From assembly GCA_016699205.1 (NCBI GenBank), contig CP064964.1:480001-512000 (forward strand): a stretch of DNA of 32,000 bases, given 5' to 3'. Of the stretch, positions 1 to 9,158 are shown piece by piece. This DNA is from Candidatus Saccharimonadota bacterium (lineage in GTDB: Bacteria; Patescibacteriota; Patescibacteriia; 2-12-FULL-60-25). Positions within the stretch are counted from its first letter, which is position 1. Every line of letters starts with the position of its first letter. The notes beneath the pieces were generated by a model that did not search any database, was not told the DNA's origin, and saw only the letters and a program-made list of their open reading frames with translations. The position numbers were made by a program, and so were the translations under genes.

Positions 1-38
1 CCAAAGGCCGCGAGAAAGCGAGGTGAAGACTTCATAGA

Positions 39-809
39 TTATTTCTGAGCCATTCTTATTAACTTTCCTTTACGCTTAACGATGTTCTTGTAGTCCCACT
101 GAATGTCTTTGGCTTTTTTCAACCAGCGAGCCAAGTCGTTTGCTCGAATCTTGTCTGCGGACGCGTAGGTCACGGATGCGTCTTTGAATTTGCCGGTTCC
201 GGGGATGAGTTCTTTGACGCCAAACGAGGCGCCGCTCCAAAACATTAATCGGACACCGTCCTTTAGCTTGGAATATCCGACGATTGGATTGCCGTCCAAG
301 AACCAAACAGGATGCGCGTGCCAGATTTTACGCTCGGCCTTGGATAAGCCTCGGTCGATTTCTTTGGCGAGCTTGTCGCAGATCAATTTATCTCCCTTGG
401 ACTGGCGATTGTTGTAGGCGAGAATTTCTTTGGGAATTCCGGTCTGCTTAGGTTGATTTCCTACTGCATTAAACTTCACCATTTTCTCGATGAGCGCCAA
501 CGGGATTGGTTGATCGATCGGGAACTGTACGGAACCTTTCCCCTGCTTGTATTTAGCGAGCTCTTTTTTGAAAGCCGTATGCGCGTTTGGCGTCGCGTAA
601 AATCCGATGTGATGCTCGAATACCGCAAAATACGCGAGCGGCTTTCCATTCAGCTTGTAGGCGGGCATGCCGTAAGCGATGCCTTCTACTGCTTCCGGAG
701 AAGCTTTGCGTACGGTTGCTTGAATTTGTTTCAAGGTTTTTTGAACAGCCTTTGGAGCCGAGGCGATGTAGCTGGCAACGTCTTTGAATTTGTTGGCGCT
801 TGAATTCAT
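39..809 (-). CDS. Tandem DUF1801 (YdhG-like) domain protein
   Basis: 256-aa ORF. The N-half (KFKDVASYIASAPKAVQKTLKQIQATVRKASPEAVEGIAYGMPAYKLNGKPLAYF) is typical of the YdhG/DUF1801 family. The C-half (HAHPVWFLDGNPIVGYSKLKDGVRLMFWSG) looks like a second DUF1801-type domain. Confidence 0.65.
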   Translation of the reverse strand: MNSSANKFKDVASYIASAPKAVQKTLKQIQATVRKASPEAVEGIAYGMPAYKLNGKPLAYFAVFEHHIGFYATPNAHTAFKKELAKYKQGKGSVQFPIDQPIPLALIEKMVKFNAVGNQPKQTGIPKEILAYNNRQSKGDKLICDKLAKEIDRGLSKAERKIWHAHPVWFLDGNPIVGYSKLKDGVRLMFWSGASFGVKELIPGTGKFKDASVTYASADKIRANDLARWLKKAKDIQWDYKNIVKRKGKLIRMAQK

Positions 810-817
810 ATTTTTGA

Positions 818-1750
818 TTACATCTTTCCCTCGTAAGCTGCTTGGAGCTTGGCGATGTCGAATTTTTTCATCTTCATAAAAGCCGCCGTGACACGCTTCA
901 CTTTTTCTTGATCAGGATCAGTCATATAGTCGACGAGAACGTGCGGCGCGACCTGCCACGATACCCCGTATTTATCCTTGAGCCAGCCACACATGCTTTC
1001 CTCGCCCTCTTCCGTGAGCTTGTTCCAGAAATAATCGACCTCGGCTTGGTCAGCGCAATCAATAGAAAGCGAGACGCCTTCATTGAAGGAAAAATCATGC
1101 ATTCGTGCGCTGTCCATGGCGACAAGCCACTCCCCGGAAAGAGATGCCTCTGCGAACATGGCGGTACCAGCCTTATCCGGTTCCATGCCGGCTGGATAGT
1201 GCGCGACCGTTCCCATACGCGAGTTCTTGAAAAGTGAAGCGTAGAAGTTAAGCGCTTCCTCGGCTTTGCCGCAGACATCGCCAACAAACAACATCGACGG
1301 AATAATGTTAGGGCGCGGTTCGCCTTCCGGATTTGTCAGGATGAGCTGCCAAGAAACGCCAAAGCGGTCTTGAATCCAACCGTAGCGCTTAGAGAAAGGA
1401 TATTCTCCGATCGGCATCAGTGCGCTGCCACCTTCTGAAAGTTTGGCCCAAAGATCGTCGAGATGGGCTGCGGCATCCGCGTCACGCGACGGATCAAAGT
1501 TCACCATGAAATTGATGGATGGGTTGATTTTGAACAACGGACCACCGTCGAGCGCCTGGAAGGCAAGGCCGTTCAGTTCAAAAACTGCCGTCAGGACTTT
1601 GCCAGCCATATCGGTCATCGGGCCGACCTGCATATCGCTTGGGTAGCGCAGAATCGATGAAATCTTGGAATTTGGAAAGACGCTCGTATAAAAATTGATC
1701 GCTTCTTCGCAGTTCTTATCAAACCAGAGGCAGGGGGTGATTTTTTGCAT
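818..1750 (-). CDS. VOC/PhnB-like protein with two tandem 3-demethylubiquinone-9 3-methyltransferase-like domains
   Basis: The ORF-track entry 818..1921 runs through tRNA-Tyr. The internal ATG at 1750 gives MQKITPCLWFDKNCEEAINFYTSVFPNS, a typical PhnB-like VOC N-terminus. A second copy starts at IIPSMLFVGDVCGKAEEALNFYASLFKNS. Confidence 0.7.
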   Translation of the reverse strand: MQKITPCLWFDKNCEEAINFYTSVFPNSKISSILRYPSDMQVGPMTDMAGKVLTAVFELNGLAFQALDGGPLFKINPSINFMVNFDPSRDADAAAHLDDLWAKLSEGGSALMPIGEYPFSKRYGWIQDRFGVSWQLILTNPEGEPRPNIIPSMLFVGDVCGKAEEALNFYASLFKNSRMGTVAHYPAGMEPDKAGTAMFAEASLSGEWLVAMDSARMHDFSFNEGVSLSIDCADQAEVDYFWNKLTEEGEESMCGWLKDKYGVSWQVAPHVLVDYMTDPDQEKVKRVTAAFMKMKKFDIAKLQAAYEGKM

Positions 1751-1770
1751 ATCGATATTGATTCTAATGG

Positions 1771-1800
1771 AAAACCCCGTCTGAAGACAGACGGGGTTTT
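1771..1800 (-). terminator. Rho-independent terminator after the tRNA pair
   Basis: Inverted repeat aaaaccccgtctg/cagacggggtttt, directly downstream of the tRNA-Tyr 3' end on the minus strand and followed by a T run. Confidence 0.7.
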
Positions 1801-1804
1801 TCCG

Positions 1805-1891
1805 TGGTGGGTGGGGAAGGATTCGAACCTTCGAAGGCGCAAGGCCAGCAGATTTACAGTCTGCCCCCGTTGACCGCTTGGGTACCCACCC
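1805..1891 (-). tRNA. tRNA-Tyr (anticodon GTA), long variable arm, CCA encoded
   Basis: Reverse complement is GGGTGGGTACCCAAGCGGTCAACGGGGGCAGACTGTAAATCTGCTGGCCTTGCGCCTTCGAAGGTTCGAATCCTTCCCCACCCACCA. Acceptor stem GGGTGGG/CCCACCC, anticodon loop CTGTAAA, T-loop GGTTCGAATCC, and a type II variable arm. Confidence 0.9.
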
Positions 1892-1894
1892 GCG

Positions 1895-1975
1895 CGAGCT
1901 TAGCTCGGTTCCACAAACCAATGCTGACGGAAGCTAAGCTTCCGACCTATGATTCGCGAAATCGAGCTAAGCTCG
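1895..1975. repeat. Three AGCT-W-AGCT mini-palindromes in the tRNA-Thr/tRNA-Tyr spacer
   Basis: cgagcTTAgctcg (1895-1907), ggaagcTAAgcttcc (1929-1943) and cgagcTAAgctcg (1963-1975). Each can form a 5-6 bp stem with a 3-nt loop. Confidence 0.6.
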
Positions 1976-1976
1976 A

Positions 1977-2052
1977 TGGAGCCACAGACCGGGATTGAAC
2001 CGGTGACCTTGTCCTTACCATGGACACGCTCTACCAACTGAGCTACTGCGGC
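1977..2052 (-). tRNA. tRNA-Thr (anticodon GGT), discriminator U73, CCA encoded
   Basis: Reverse complement is GCCGCAGTAGCTCAGTTGGTAGAGCGTGTCCATGGTAAGGACAAGGTCACCGGTTCAATCCCGGTCTGTGGCTCCA. It folds as a clean cloverleaf with anticodon loop ATGGTAA. Confidence 0.9.
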
Positions 2053-2057
2053 GTATT

Positions 2058-2948
2058 TTATTTTTCGATTGCCTCGATCTTGTCTTTGAAGACCTGGAAA
2101 CGGGCTGGATCGTCGGAGAGCAGGCGCAGGCGGTTATAGCGGGCGCGGGCCTCTTTTCGATCGCCGAGGAGTATAGCAGTCTCCAAAGATAGTTCAAGGT
2201 ATTTGGCCGAACCCGGTTCAAGCTCGCTGGCACGCTTGGCATAGGGCCAGGCCTTGGCCGGTGCCGAGCGTTCAATATAGAAGCTAGCGAGCTCGGCGTG
2301 GCGATGTGGTTGGCGGGGGCTCGCATCGACCGCTTTGACCAACATGGCCTCGGCGATTTGGAAATTACCCTCCGCTTTGGCGATCTCGGCCAAGCCGGCA
2401 TACGTACTATCGTCGGCTTTACGGGTCTTTACGAGAAACTCAAATGTCTCGCGAGCCTGCGGGTAGAGCTTTTGACGGAGGTAGAGCGTGCCGAGCAATT
2501 TATAGGCGTCGAGCTGGCGCTGATCGAGGGATAGCACTTCAAGAAGGCGGCGCTCAGCATCGGCCCATTTGAGATCACGAATCAGGGAACGTGCTTCCGA
2601 GAGCAATGTCTTGATACGTTCACGCTGGCTTGGAGCCATGGCGGAAAATGGGCTTTTGACTTTGCGGTAGAGATTATCAAAAGACTGCAAACGCTCTTCC
2701 GTGCGCTTGTAGGACTCCTTGGTTTTGCGGGCGACGGTGCGGCCGATGCGTTGCAAGGCAGCGAGACGGTCGGCGCTGACGCGTTCAAAGCGGCGCGTGA
2801 TGAGTTTCTCGCGCTCTTCTTTTTGACGCTCTTCTTTAATCGAGCGCGGATCGAGCAGACGGATCTCTTTCCAGTGACGCACGATGAAATACACCATCAC
2901 AGCAAAGGCGAGGGCGGCAACGATATACGCAATCAATGCGACGTACAT
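2058..2948 (-). CDS. N-terminally membrane-anchored TPR-repeat protein
   Basis: 296-aa ORF with one N-terminal hydrophobic helix (MYVALIAYIVAALAFAVMVYFIV). TPR-like Ala/Tyr/Leu periodicity follows (AYKLLGTLYLRQKLYPQARETFEFLV; AEIAKAEGNFQIAEAMLVKAV). Confidence 0.55.
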   Translation of the reverse strand: MYVALIAYIVAALAFAVMVYFIVRHWKEIRLLDPRSIKEERQKEEREKLITRRFERVSADRLAALQRIGRTVARKTKESYKRTEERLQSFDNLYRKVKSPFSAMAPSQRERIKTLLSEARSLIRDLKWADAERRLLEVLSLDQRQLDAYKLLGTLYLRQKLYPQARETFEFLVKTRKADDSTYAGLAEIAKAEGNFQIAEAMLVKAVDASPRQPHRHAELASFYIERSAPAKAWPYAKRASELEPGSAKYLELSLETAILLGDRKEARARYNRLRLLSDDPARFQVFKDKIEAIEK

Positions 2949-2957
2949 GGAAACAGT

Positions 2958-3716
2958 TTAGGCCGGAAGCGATGCGCGGCACAACATGCCAAAAGCGCGG
3001 GGGTCGAGAGAAGCGGAACCGACAAGCACGCCGTCGATGTGGGTGGTCGACATGTATTCCGCAACATTGCGGGCATCAACAGAGCCGCCGTAGAGCACCG
3101 GAATCTCGTTGGCAGACTTGCCGAACTTTTTGACGAGCGCTTCATGGATCGCCTCGTGAACACCTTTGGCGTCCTGAGCAGAACAAGCCTTGCCGCTGCC
3201 AATTGCCCAGACGGGTTCATAGGCGATCATCGGAGAACCGGCGCCATCGACTTTAAGACCAGCGGAAAGGACGGCGGCAAGTTGGGCGCGGACGACTTTC
3301 AGCGTCTCCCCTTTTTTGCGCTGAGCATCGGTTTCTCCGACGCAGATCACCGGACGGATTCCGTTCTTTTGGAGAGCGATCGCTTTCTTGGCAACCATGT
3401 CGTCCGTCTCACCAAGATGCTGGCGGCGCTCACTGTGGCCTACCAAACAGAATGACAAGGCAAACTCCTTGAGCATGGCTGGACCGATCTCACCGGTGAA
3501 AGCGCCCTCATTGGCCCAGAACGCGTCCTGAGCGCCCAAATAAGGCACTCCAGCACGTCCTAGCGAGGCACGAGCGGCAGCAAGAGAGACAAATGGGACG
3601 GCAACGCCGATCTCCAAATCCTTGGGTAGACGTTCGCGGCGAAAGGCGCGAATCCAGGCTCCGGCTTTTACCGGACCATAATGCATCTTCCAATTGGCAA
3701 TGACAGTCTTGCGCAT
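2958..3716 (-). CDS. tpiA: Triosephosphate isomerase
   Basis: Catalytic motifs IANWKMH, VGHSERR and AYEPVWAIGSG are present. The start was moved to ATG 3716 (MRKTVIANWKM), which removes the overlap with the upstream gene. Confidence 0.9.
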   Translation of the reverse strand: MRKTVIANWKMHYGPVKAGAWIRAFRRERLPKDLEIGVAVPFVSLAAARASLGRAGVPYLGAQDAFWANEGAFTGEIGPAMLKEFALSFCLVGHSERRQHLGETDDMVAKKAIALQKNGIRPVICVGETDAQRKKGETLKVVRAQLAAVLSAGLKVDGAGSPMIAYEPVWAIGSGKACSAQDAKGVHEAIHEALVKKFGKSANEIPVLYGGSVDARNVAEYMSTTHIDGVLVGSASLDPRAFGMLCRASLPA

Positions 3717-3751
3717 AAGCGGGTTATTCCTACCGCAAATCGCAAAAACAA

Positions 3752-5032
3752 TCAAGAGACGGTAAAGAGCTTTTTCACCTTGTCTTTACTCTCAAAAGGT
3801 CCGATGACAGCCGAGGCCATTTTGTCCGGATTAAAAATCGACTTGGCGACGCGGCGAATATCGGCCGCGGTGACTTTTTCCAGCTTCGCCAAACGCTGTT
3901 CCGGCGTCTCGATACTTTTTTGGAAAATCCATTGCTTGCCGTACCAGTCAGCTTGGGTCGCAGAGTCCTCAAAAGCGAGCATGAGCTTTCCGCGGACATG
4001 ATCTTTGGCGCGGCGGAGCTCTTCCGGCTTCACCAGTTCCTTGGTTGTTTTCTTTAACTCGCTCCAAATAACTTTCACTGCTTCATCGACACGAGTCTTG
4101 TCGAGACCGCTCATGACACCAAAGATACCGATGTCTTCCAATGGCTGATGCGATGCGTTTACCGAGTAGCACAGACCGCGGCGCTCGCGCACCTGGATAA
4201 ACAAGCGCGATGACATGGTGCCACCGAGAATCGTTGCAAGAAGCGATGCGGCCGGCAGATCCTTGTGACCGAGCGGAAGCGCATGGAATGCCATCGCGAG
4301 CTGGACTTGCTCCGTATTCTTTTGCTGGAACGCGACCGGGTCTTTTAACTTGGCTGGCGAGTGGAAGCGTTCGAAGTCGTGATCGACGCGGGTCTTGGGG
4401 GCTTTGACGGAACCAAATGTTTTATCGAGAATCTTCCAGATGTTTTTATCAATCTTGCCGGCAACACAAACCGCCATACGTTCCGGGATGTAGTACGCGT
4501 CGCGGTACTTGATGAGCTTCTCGCGCGGGACGGTGCGGATCGTTTCGCGAGGACCGGCGATATTCCAACCGAGTGTCGAATCGGGAAACAAAACTTCCTC
4601 AAGCAAATCCTCGATGTGCATACGCGGATTGTCCTCGTACATGTTGATCTCTTCCACGATAACGCCGCGCTCGCGATCCAATTCTTTCTGGTCGTAATGC
4701 GAATGGAAAATCATGTCATGCAAAATGTCGGCGGCAAGACCGGTTTTGGCTGCATCCATCTTTACGTAATAGGCCGTAAGATCTTTTGATGTGAACGCAT
4801 TGTACTCGGCGCCGTAGCGGTCGAGTTCTTTAGAGATCGTAAGCGTATCCGGACGGCGCTTGGTGCCTTTGAACATCAAGTGTTCAATGAAATGCGAGGC
4901 TCCGTTAATATCACGCGACTCGTAACGGGAACCAACGCGACAAAAGGCCATGAAGGTCATGGACGTGGCGCCTTTTTGCGGGACGACAATAGCTGTCATG
5001 CCGTTCTTCAGCTTTTTTACGATGGGTTTCAT
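3752..5032 (-). CDS. M16 (insulinase/pitrilysin) family zinc peptidase
   Basis: 426-aa ORF with the inverted zinc-binding motif HFIEHLMFKGT (HxxEH) near the N-terminus and M16-like length. Confidence 0.85.
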   Translation of the reverse strand: MKPIVKKLKNGMTAIVVPQKGATSMTFMAFCRVGSRYESRDINGASHFIEHLMFKGTKRRPDTLTISKELDRYGAEYNAFTSKDLTAYYVKMDAAKTGLAADILHDMIFHSHYDQKELDRERGVIVEEINMYEDNPRMHIEDLLEEVLFPDSTLGWNIAGPRETIRTVPREKLIKYRDAYYIPERMAVCVAGKIDKNIWKILDKTFGSVKAPKTRVDHDFERFHSPAKLKDPVAFQQKNTEQVQLAMAFHALPLGHKDLPAASLLATILGGTMSSRLFIQVRERRGLCYSVNASHQPLEDIGIFGVMSGLDKTRVDEAVKVIWSELKKTTKELVKPEELRRAKDHVRGKLMLAFEDSATQADWYGKQWIFQKSIETPEQRLAKLEKVTAADIRRVAKSIFNPDKMASAVIGPFESKDKVKKLFTVS

Positions 5033-5043
5033 AGATAAAAGAA

Positions 5044-5071
5044 AAGGGACGATTCAACCGAATCGTCCCTT
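5044..5071 (-). terminator. Rho-independent terminator after glyQS
   Basis: Inverted repeat aagggacgattc/gaatcgtccctt with a T-rich tail on the minus strand. Confidence 0.65.
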
Positions 5072-5088
5072 ACCTTACCTGCGTCTAC

Positions 5089-6471
5089 TTATTTCGACAA
5101 TTTCTCCTGGATCCAAGCAACGACTTCATCGATCTTGATGCGATCTTGGGTCATGGCATCGCGGTCGCGGACGGTGACCGTATTGTTTTCCTTGGTGTCG
5201 TAGTCGACGGTGAAACACCATGGCGTACCAATTTCATCCTGACGGCGATAGCGCTTGCCGATCGAACCGCTTTCATCATACTCGACGACGAGGCCGGCGG
5301 CGCGGATTTTGGCGGCGAGCTCGCGACCGATATCAGCCAAACCATCTTTTTTCTGGAGCGGCAGGACGGCGGCTTTGACCGGAGCGAGGCGAGGCGGCAG
5401 GCGGAGCACCATGCGCGGCTCGGTGTCCCCTTCCGTGGTTTCCGCTTCATCGACATCAAGGTGTTCTGCGAGGACGGCGAGGACGGTGCGGGACAAGCCC
5501 CACGTTGGCTCGACGACATGCGGCAAAATCTTTTCATTGGTTTCCGGATCCAGCCAGCGCAGATCTTCACCGGAGAATTCCTGATGGCGCGACAAATCGT
5601 AGTCTGTGCGATTGGCGAGGCCGTAAAGTTCTTTCTGACCGAATGGATACAGGTACTCGATATCGACGGTGCGCTTGGAATAGAAGGCGCGTTCCTCGGC
5701 CGAGATCTCTTTGTAGACGAGGTGCTTGGGATCGATCTTCAAGACATCTTCCGTCCATGACTTCATCTCTTTCAACCATTCTTCAAAGGCGCGCTCGGAG
5801 TCATCCGGTTTTACGAAGTACTCGATTTCCATTTGCTCAAATTCACGCGTGCGGAAAATGAAGTTGCCAGGCGTGATTTCATTGCGGAACGCTTTGCCAA
5901 CTTGGGCGATACCGAATGGGAGACGCTTGCGCATGGTGTCGCGGACATTTTTCCAAGCGGTAAACATACCGGCGGCAGTCTCCGGACGGAGATAGGCGAC
6001 GTTGGCGGTATCTTCCGTGACGCCGACGAAGGTTTTGAACATCAAGTTAAAATTCTTGATGTCAGTGAGCTCGCCGCCGCATTCAGGGCAGTCGATATCT
6101 TTGATCGAGAAAGGGTTTTCTTTGTCGTAACCAGGCTCGGCTTGCTTGGCTTCAAGCAAGTGGTCGGCGCGGAAGCGGCGCTTACATTTTTTGCAGTCGA
6201 CGAGCGGATCACTGAAGGTCGCCAAGTGACCGGAAGCTTCCCAAACCTTGGGGTGCTGGATGATTGGCGTGTCGACACCGACGACATCTTCACGAGCATG
6301 CACAAAACGCTTCCACCAAGCATCGCGGATATTATTTTTTAGCTCGATACCATTCGGGCCGTAGTCCCAGGCATTGGCAAAGCCGCCGTAAATATCGGAG
6401 TCGGGATAAACAAAGCCGCGTCGCTTGCAGAGCGACATCAGCAAATCCATTTTTTTCTCGGGTGAGATCAT
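5089..6471 (-). CDS. glyQS: Glycine--tRNA ligase, homodimeric (alpha2) type
   Basis: 460-aa ORF. N-terminus MDLLMSLCKRRGFVYPDSDIYGG..ANAWDYGPNGIELKNNI and class II motifs (FRNEITPGNFIFRTREFEQMEIEYF) are typical of GlyQS. Confidence 0.9.
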   Translation of the reverse strand: MISPEKKMDLLMSLCKRRGFVYPDSDIYGGFANAWDYGPNGIELKNNIRDAWWKRFVHAREDVVGVDTPIIQHPKVWEASGHLATFSDPLVDCKKCKRRFRADHLLEAKQAEPGYDKENPFSIKDIDCPECGGELTDIKNFNLMFKTFVGVTEDTANVAYLRPETAAGMFTAWKNVRDTMRKRLPFGIAQVGKAFRNEITPGNFIFRTREFEQMEIEYFVKPDDSERAFEEWLKEMKSWTEDVLKIDPKHLVYKEISAEERAFYSKRTVDIEYLYPFGQKELYGLANRTDYDLSRHQEFSGEDLRWLDPETNEKILPHVVEPTWGLSRTVLAVLAEHLDVDEAETTEGDTEPRMVLRLPPRLAPVKAAVLPLQKKDGLADIGRELAAKIRAAGLVVEYDESGSIGKRYRRQDEIGTPWCFTVDYDTKENNTVTVRDRDAMTQDRIKIDEVVAWIQEKLSK

Positions 6472-7022
6472 ACGGTCATGATTTCTTTTTCTTTATCGGC
6501 GGTTAGCGCATCGATTTTGGCGTTCCACTCGGCCACCATCTTATCCAGCTTCTCGAGCTCGCGCGTGCGCTCGTCCTGCGAGATGACTTTTTCTTTTTCA
6601 TCGGCCTGAATAGCGGTCTTGATCTTTTCACGAATGTTACGAATCGTGATCTTGGCTTGCTCCTCGCGCTGATTGACGAGCTTCACCATGTTCTTGCGAT
6701 TCTCTTCCGTCATCGGAGGCATGACGAGGCGGATGGTTGTTCCGGCCGTGTTTGGCTGCATGCCGATGTTGGCATCGATCAACGCCTTCTCAATATCTTT
6801 CACGATGGACTTGTCCCATGGCTCGATCTGGAGCGTCTTGTTGTCAGGAATCGTAATAGAAGCGTTGGACTTGAGATCCATGCTTTGGCCGTAGACTTCT
6901 ACGCGGATACCTTCTACCAAGGCTGCGCTCGCGCGACCGGTGCGCATGCCGTGAAGTTCTTTCTGATAATGCTCGAGAGCGGCCTGGAATTCCGCTTTGT
7001 GTTCATCGATTCGATTGGGCAT
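6468..7022 (-). CDS. frr: Ribosome recycling factor
   Basis: 184-aa ORF with RTGRASAALVEGIRVEVYGQ and an IRNIRE-type C-terminal helix. There is a 4-nt ATGA overlap with glyQS. Confidence 0.9.
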   Translation of the reverse strand: MPNRIDEHKAEFQAALEHYQKELHGMRTGRASAALVEGIRVEVYGQSMDLKSNASITIPDNKTLQIEPWDKSIVKDIEKALIDANIGMQPNTAGTTIRLVMPPMTEENRKNMVKLVNQREEQAKITIRNIREKIKTAIQADEKEKVISQDERTRELEKLDKMVAEWNAKIDALTADKEKEIMTV

Positions 7023-7060
7023 AGAATAACGCCGAGAGTGCCATGATAAGCGGTAAACGT

Positions 7061-7086
7061 AAAGACTGGGCTTGCGCCCAGTCTTT
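7061..7086 (-). terminator. Rho-independent terminator after the BNR-repeat gene
   Basis: Inverted repeat aaagactgggc/gcccagtcttt. Confidence 0.6.
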
Positions 7087-7094
7087 GTTCTTTC

Positions 7095-8180
7095 CTAGCT
7101 CTTTGGAGGCAATGTGCCGAGGTAAATCGTGGCTGCGGCAGCGGTGGAAGAAGGATCGTAGAGGATGATGGAAGCGCCGCGGGAGGTTGGAAGCTTCTTG
7201 GGTGTCCAGGTCTGTCCGCCATCACCGCTCCAGATGACGGCTTTATCGGTGGCGTAGACGAGCTCACGCGAGTCTTTTGGATTGACGGCGAAGGCCTTCA
7301 TGTCGACTGTGCCTGCCGGCGTTGGAAGCTTGAGCGCGGTCCAGGTCGTGCCGCCGTCATTAGACTGAAGGATGCCGTACTTGGAAACCGTGTAGACACG
7401 ATTAGCGACGGACGGATCAGGCAAGACGATGTTGGCGCGGTTGGCGCTGTCGAATTCTTGAAGCTCTTTGCGGATCTGCGTCCAGGTTGCGCCTGCGTCC
7501 GTGGTCTTCATGATGCCGTAGCGATCGGTGGCGGCGTAGACAATGCGTGAGTCGCGCGGGTCCATGGCGATCTGGTTGATCTTGTATCCATCAACACGGT
7601 TCGCGACACGCCAGGTGGCGCCGCCATTTTCCGATTTCACGATATCGCCATCGCTTGTACCTGCGTACAAAACATTTGAGTTAAACCAATCGACGACAAG
7701 CGAGGTGAACTTGATGCTGCGCGGATCAAAGTAGACAGCCGACCAATCGCGCGAGCAGTTGGTGGTCTTGAATACCTGGTTTTCACGCGTGGCGTAAATC
7801 GTGCACTTGTCTTTTGGATCAACGGCGACCGCTGGAACACGGCCGCTCGAGAGCCCTTGAGCCGGCTCCCATGATTCTCCGCCGTCGAGAGAATAGATGA
7901 CGCCGTTTTGTTCTGTACCCGCATAAACTGCCTTCACATCCTGCGGATCAATCGCGAGCGTTGCGATACCAACGTTCGCAATGCTCCCCTGCTTGGCTCC
8001 GACATTGAGCGTCTTCAACTGCGACCAAGCGACGCCTTTGTCCTTGCTGCGAAAAATACCGCCGTCAGGACCGGCTGCAGGCTGGGAACTACCACAACCC
8101 TGACCCATAAGCGCAAGCGCAAGAATCGGTGCAGCAACGAGAAGCGTGTAGCGTGAGGCGTGAGGCGTACGAAGGTTCAT
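7095..8180 (-). CDS. Exported BNR/Asp-box repeat beta-propeller protein, probable lipoprotein
   Basis: Signal-like N-terminus ending LALMGQGC. Six SxDxGxTW-type Asp-boxes are present: SKDKGVAW, SLDGGESW, SENGGATW, TTDAGATW, SNDGGTTW and SGDGGQTW. Confidence 0.75.
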   Translation of the reverse strand: MNLRTPHASRYTLLVAAPILALALMGQGCGSSQPAAGPDGGIFRSKDKGVAWSQLKTLNVGAKQGSIANVGIATLAIDPQDVKAVYAGTEQNGVIYSLDGGESWEPAQGLSSGRVPAVAVDPKDKCTIYATRENQVFKTTNCSRDWSAVYFDPRSIKFTSLVVDWFNSNVLYAGTSDGDIVKSENGGATWRVANRVDGYKINQIAMDPRDSRIVYAATDRYGIMKTTDAGATWTQIRKELQEFDSANRANIVLPDPSVANRVYTVSKYGILQSNDGGTTWTALKLPTPAGTVDMKAFAVNPKDSRELVYATDKAVIWSGDGGQTWTPKKLPTSRGASIILYDPSSTAAAATIYLGTLPPKS

Positions 8181-9088
8181 AGATATCGAGGGTGGAGGAA
8201 ATCGGGTAAAGGACGTTTGCCTATAATATACGGCTCAATGGCCGACCATTCAAGCGCGAGATGCGGCGAGAGCGAGGAACCGATCATATTCCAGGCCCGC
8301 GCGAGCCCTCGACCGATGCGGGAAAAGGCTACGGGATCGGCTGCAATGCGCTCCGGCATGACCTGCATCAGCTCGACGAGAATCGCGCGCCAGGCGAGCT
8401 CGGCGTCTTCTTCTGATTGAAGGCGCTTGTATAAGCGTTCAATTTCTCCGAGTTCTTTTCCAAGCGGCTGGGTTGCCCAGATATCGATCAGAGCAGCCGC
8501 ATCGCGCTTGCGCGACTCCCATGCTTCCGGGTCGGCTTGGAGGCGGCTGGCGATTCCGGGACAGCCGCGGCTCGCGCGAATGAACTCGGCTGAAAATTTT
8601 CCGGAAAGTTCTGCCAATGGAACAGGAGAGAATGCGATCGATGCAAGACGGGAACGTAACGTTGCCGGTAAACGGTCGGGCTGTTCGGTTACAAAGATAA
8701 AAACGGAATCGCCGGAAGGCTCTTCTACGGACTTGAGAAGAGCGTTGGCAGATTCTTCATTGAGACGATCCGCTTCCGGAATGAGCGCGACTTTGAAACC
8801 GCCGCGTGCGGAGGTCATGGTCATACGCGAGACAAACTCACGTGTTTGTTTGATCTTTAATTCTTTACTCCCCTCTTCCCTTTCAAGCGCGATGAAATCC
8901 GGATGGGCGGGCAAGTGATCGATGTTGTCGACGTGTAAAATTTTACTCGCAAAGGAACGAGCGGCGAGACGCTTTCCGAGACCATCAGCGCCATGAAATA
9001 GATAGGCGTGACCGGGGTGATCGGCCAGGGATTCAAGCATGCGGATGATCGGGGCATTTCCGAGGAAATGGTCAAAGGGAATCGGCAT
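8177..9088 (-). CDS. holB: DNA polymerase III subunit delta'
   Basis: 303-aa ORF with AAA+ clamp-loader features: HAYLFHGADGLGKRLAARSFA, an LNEESANALLKSVEEP sensor region and an SRL (SRC-like) motif. There is a 4-nt overlap with the downstream gene. Confidence 0.8.
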   Translation of the reverse strand: MPIPFDHFLGNAPIIRMLESLADHPGHAYLFHGADGLGKRLAARSFASKILHVDNIDHLPAHPDFIALEREEGSKELKIKQTREFVSRMTMTSARGGFKVALIPEADRLNEESANALLKSVEEPSGDSVFIFVTEQPDRLPATLRSRLASIAFSPVPLAELSGKFSAEFIRASRGCPGIASRLQADPEAWESRKRDAAALIDIWATQPLGKELGEIERLYKRLQSEEDAELAWRAILVELMQVMPERIAADPVAFSRIGRGLARAWNMIGSSLSPHLALEWSAIEPYIIGKRPLPDFLHPRYL

Positions 9089-9112
9089 GGCGGAATCCTA
9101 GCACAAACGAAA

Positions 9113-9142
9113 GCGGCCCTCCCCAGAGTTGGGAAGGGCCGC
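9113..9142 (-). terminator. GC-rich terminator hairpin of island gene 9159..10628 (module CTGATC-hairpin-TTTCGTTT)
   Basis: The minus-strand RNA GCGGCCCUUCCC-AACUCU-GGGGAGGGCCGC forms 12 bp (one G.U) and is followed by UUUCGUUU. On the plus strand the same position would be a C.A mismatch, which supports minus-strand function. Confidence 0.7.
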
Positions 9143-9158
9143 GATCAGGAGTGATACT

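Noticed and set aside
1751-1921. N-terminal 57-aa extension of ORF 818..1921.
   Set aside because: It runs through tRNA-Tyr and a terminator hairpin. The conserved PhnB-like N-terminus starts at the internal Met (ATG 1750).
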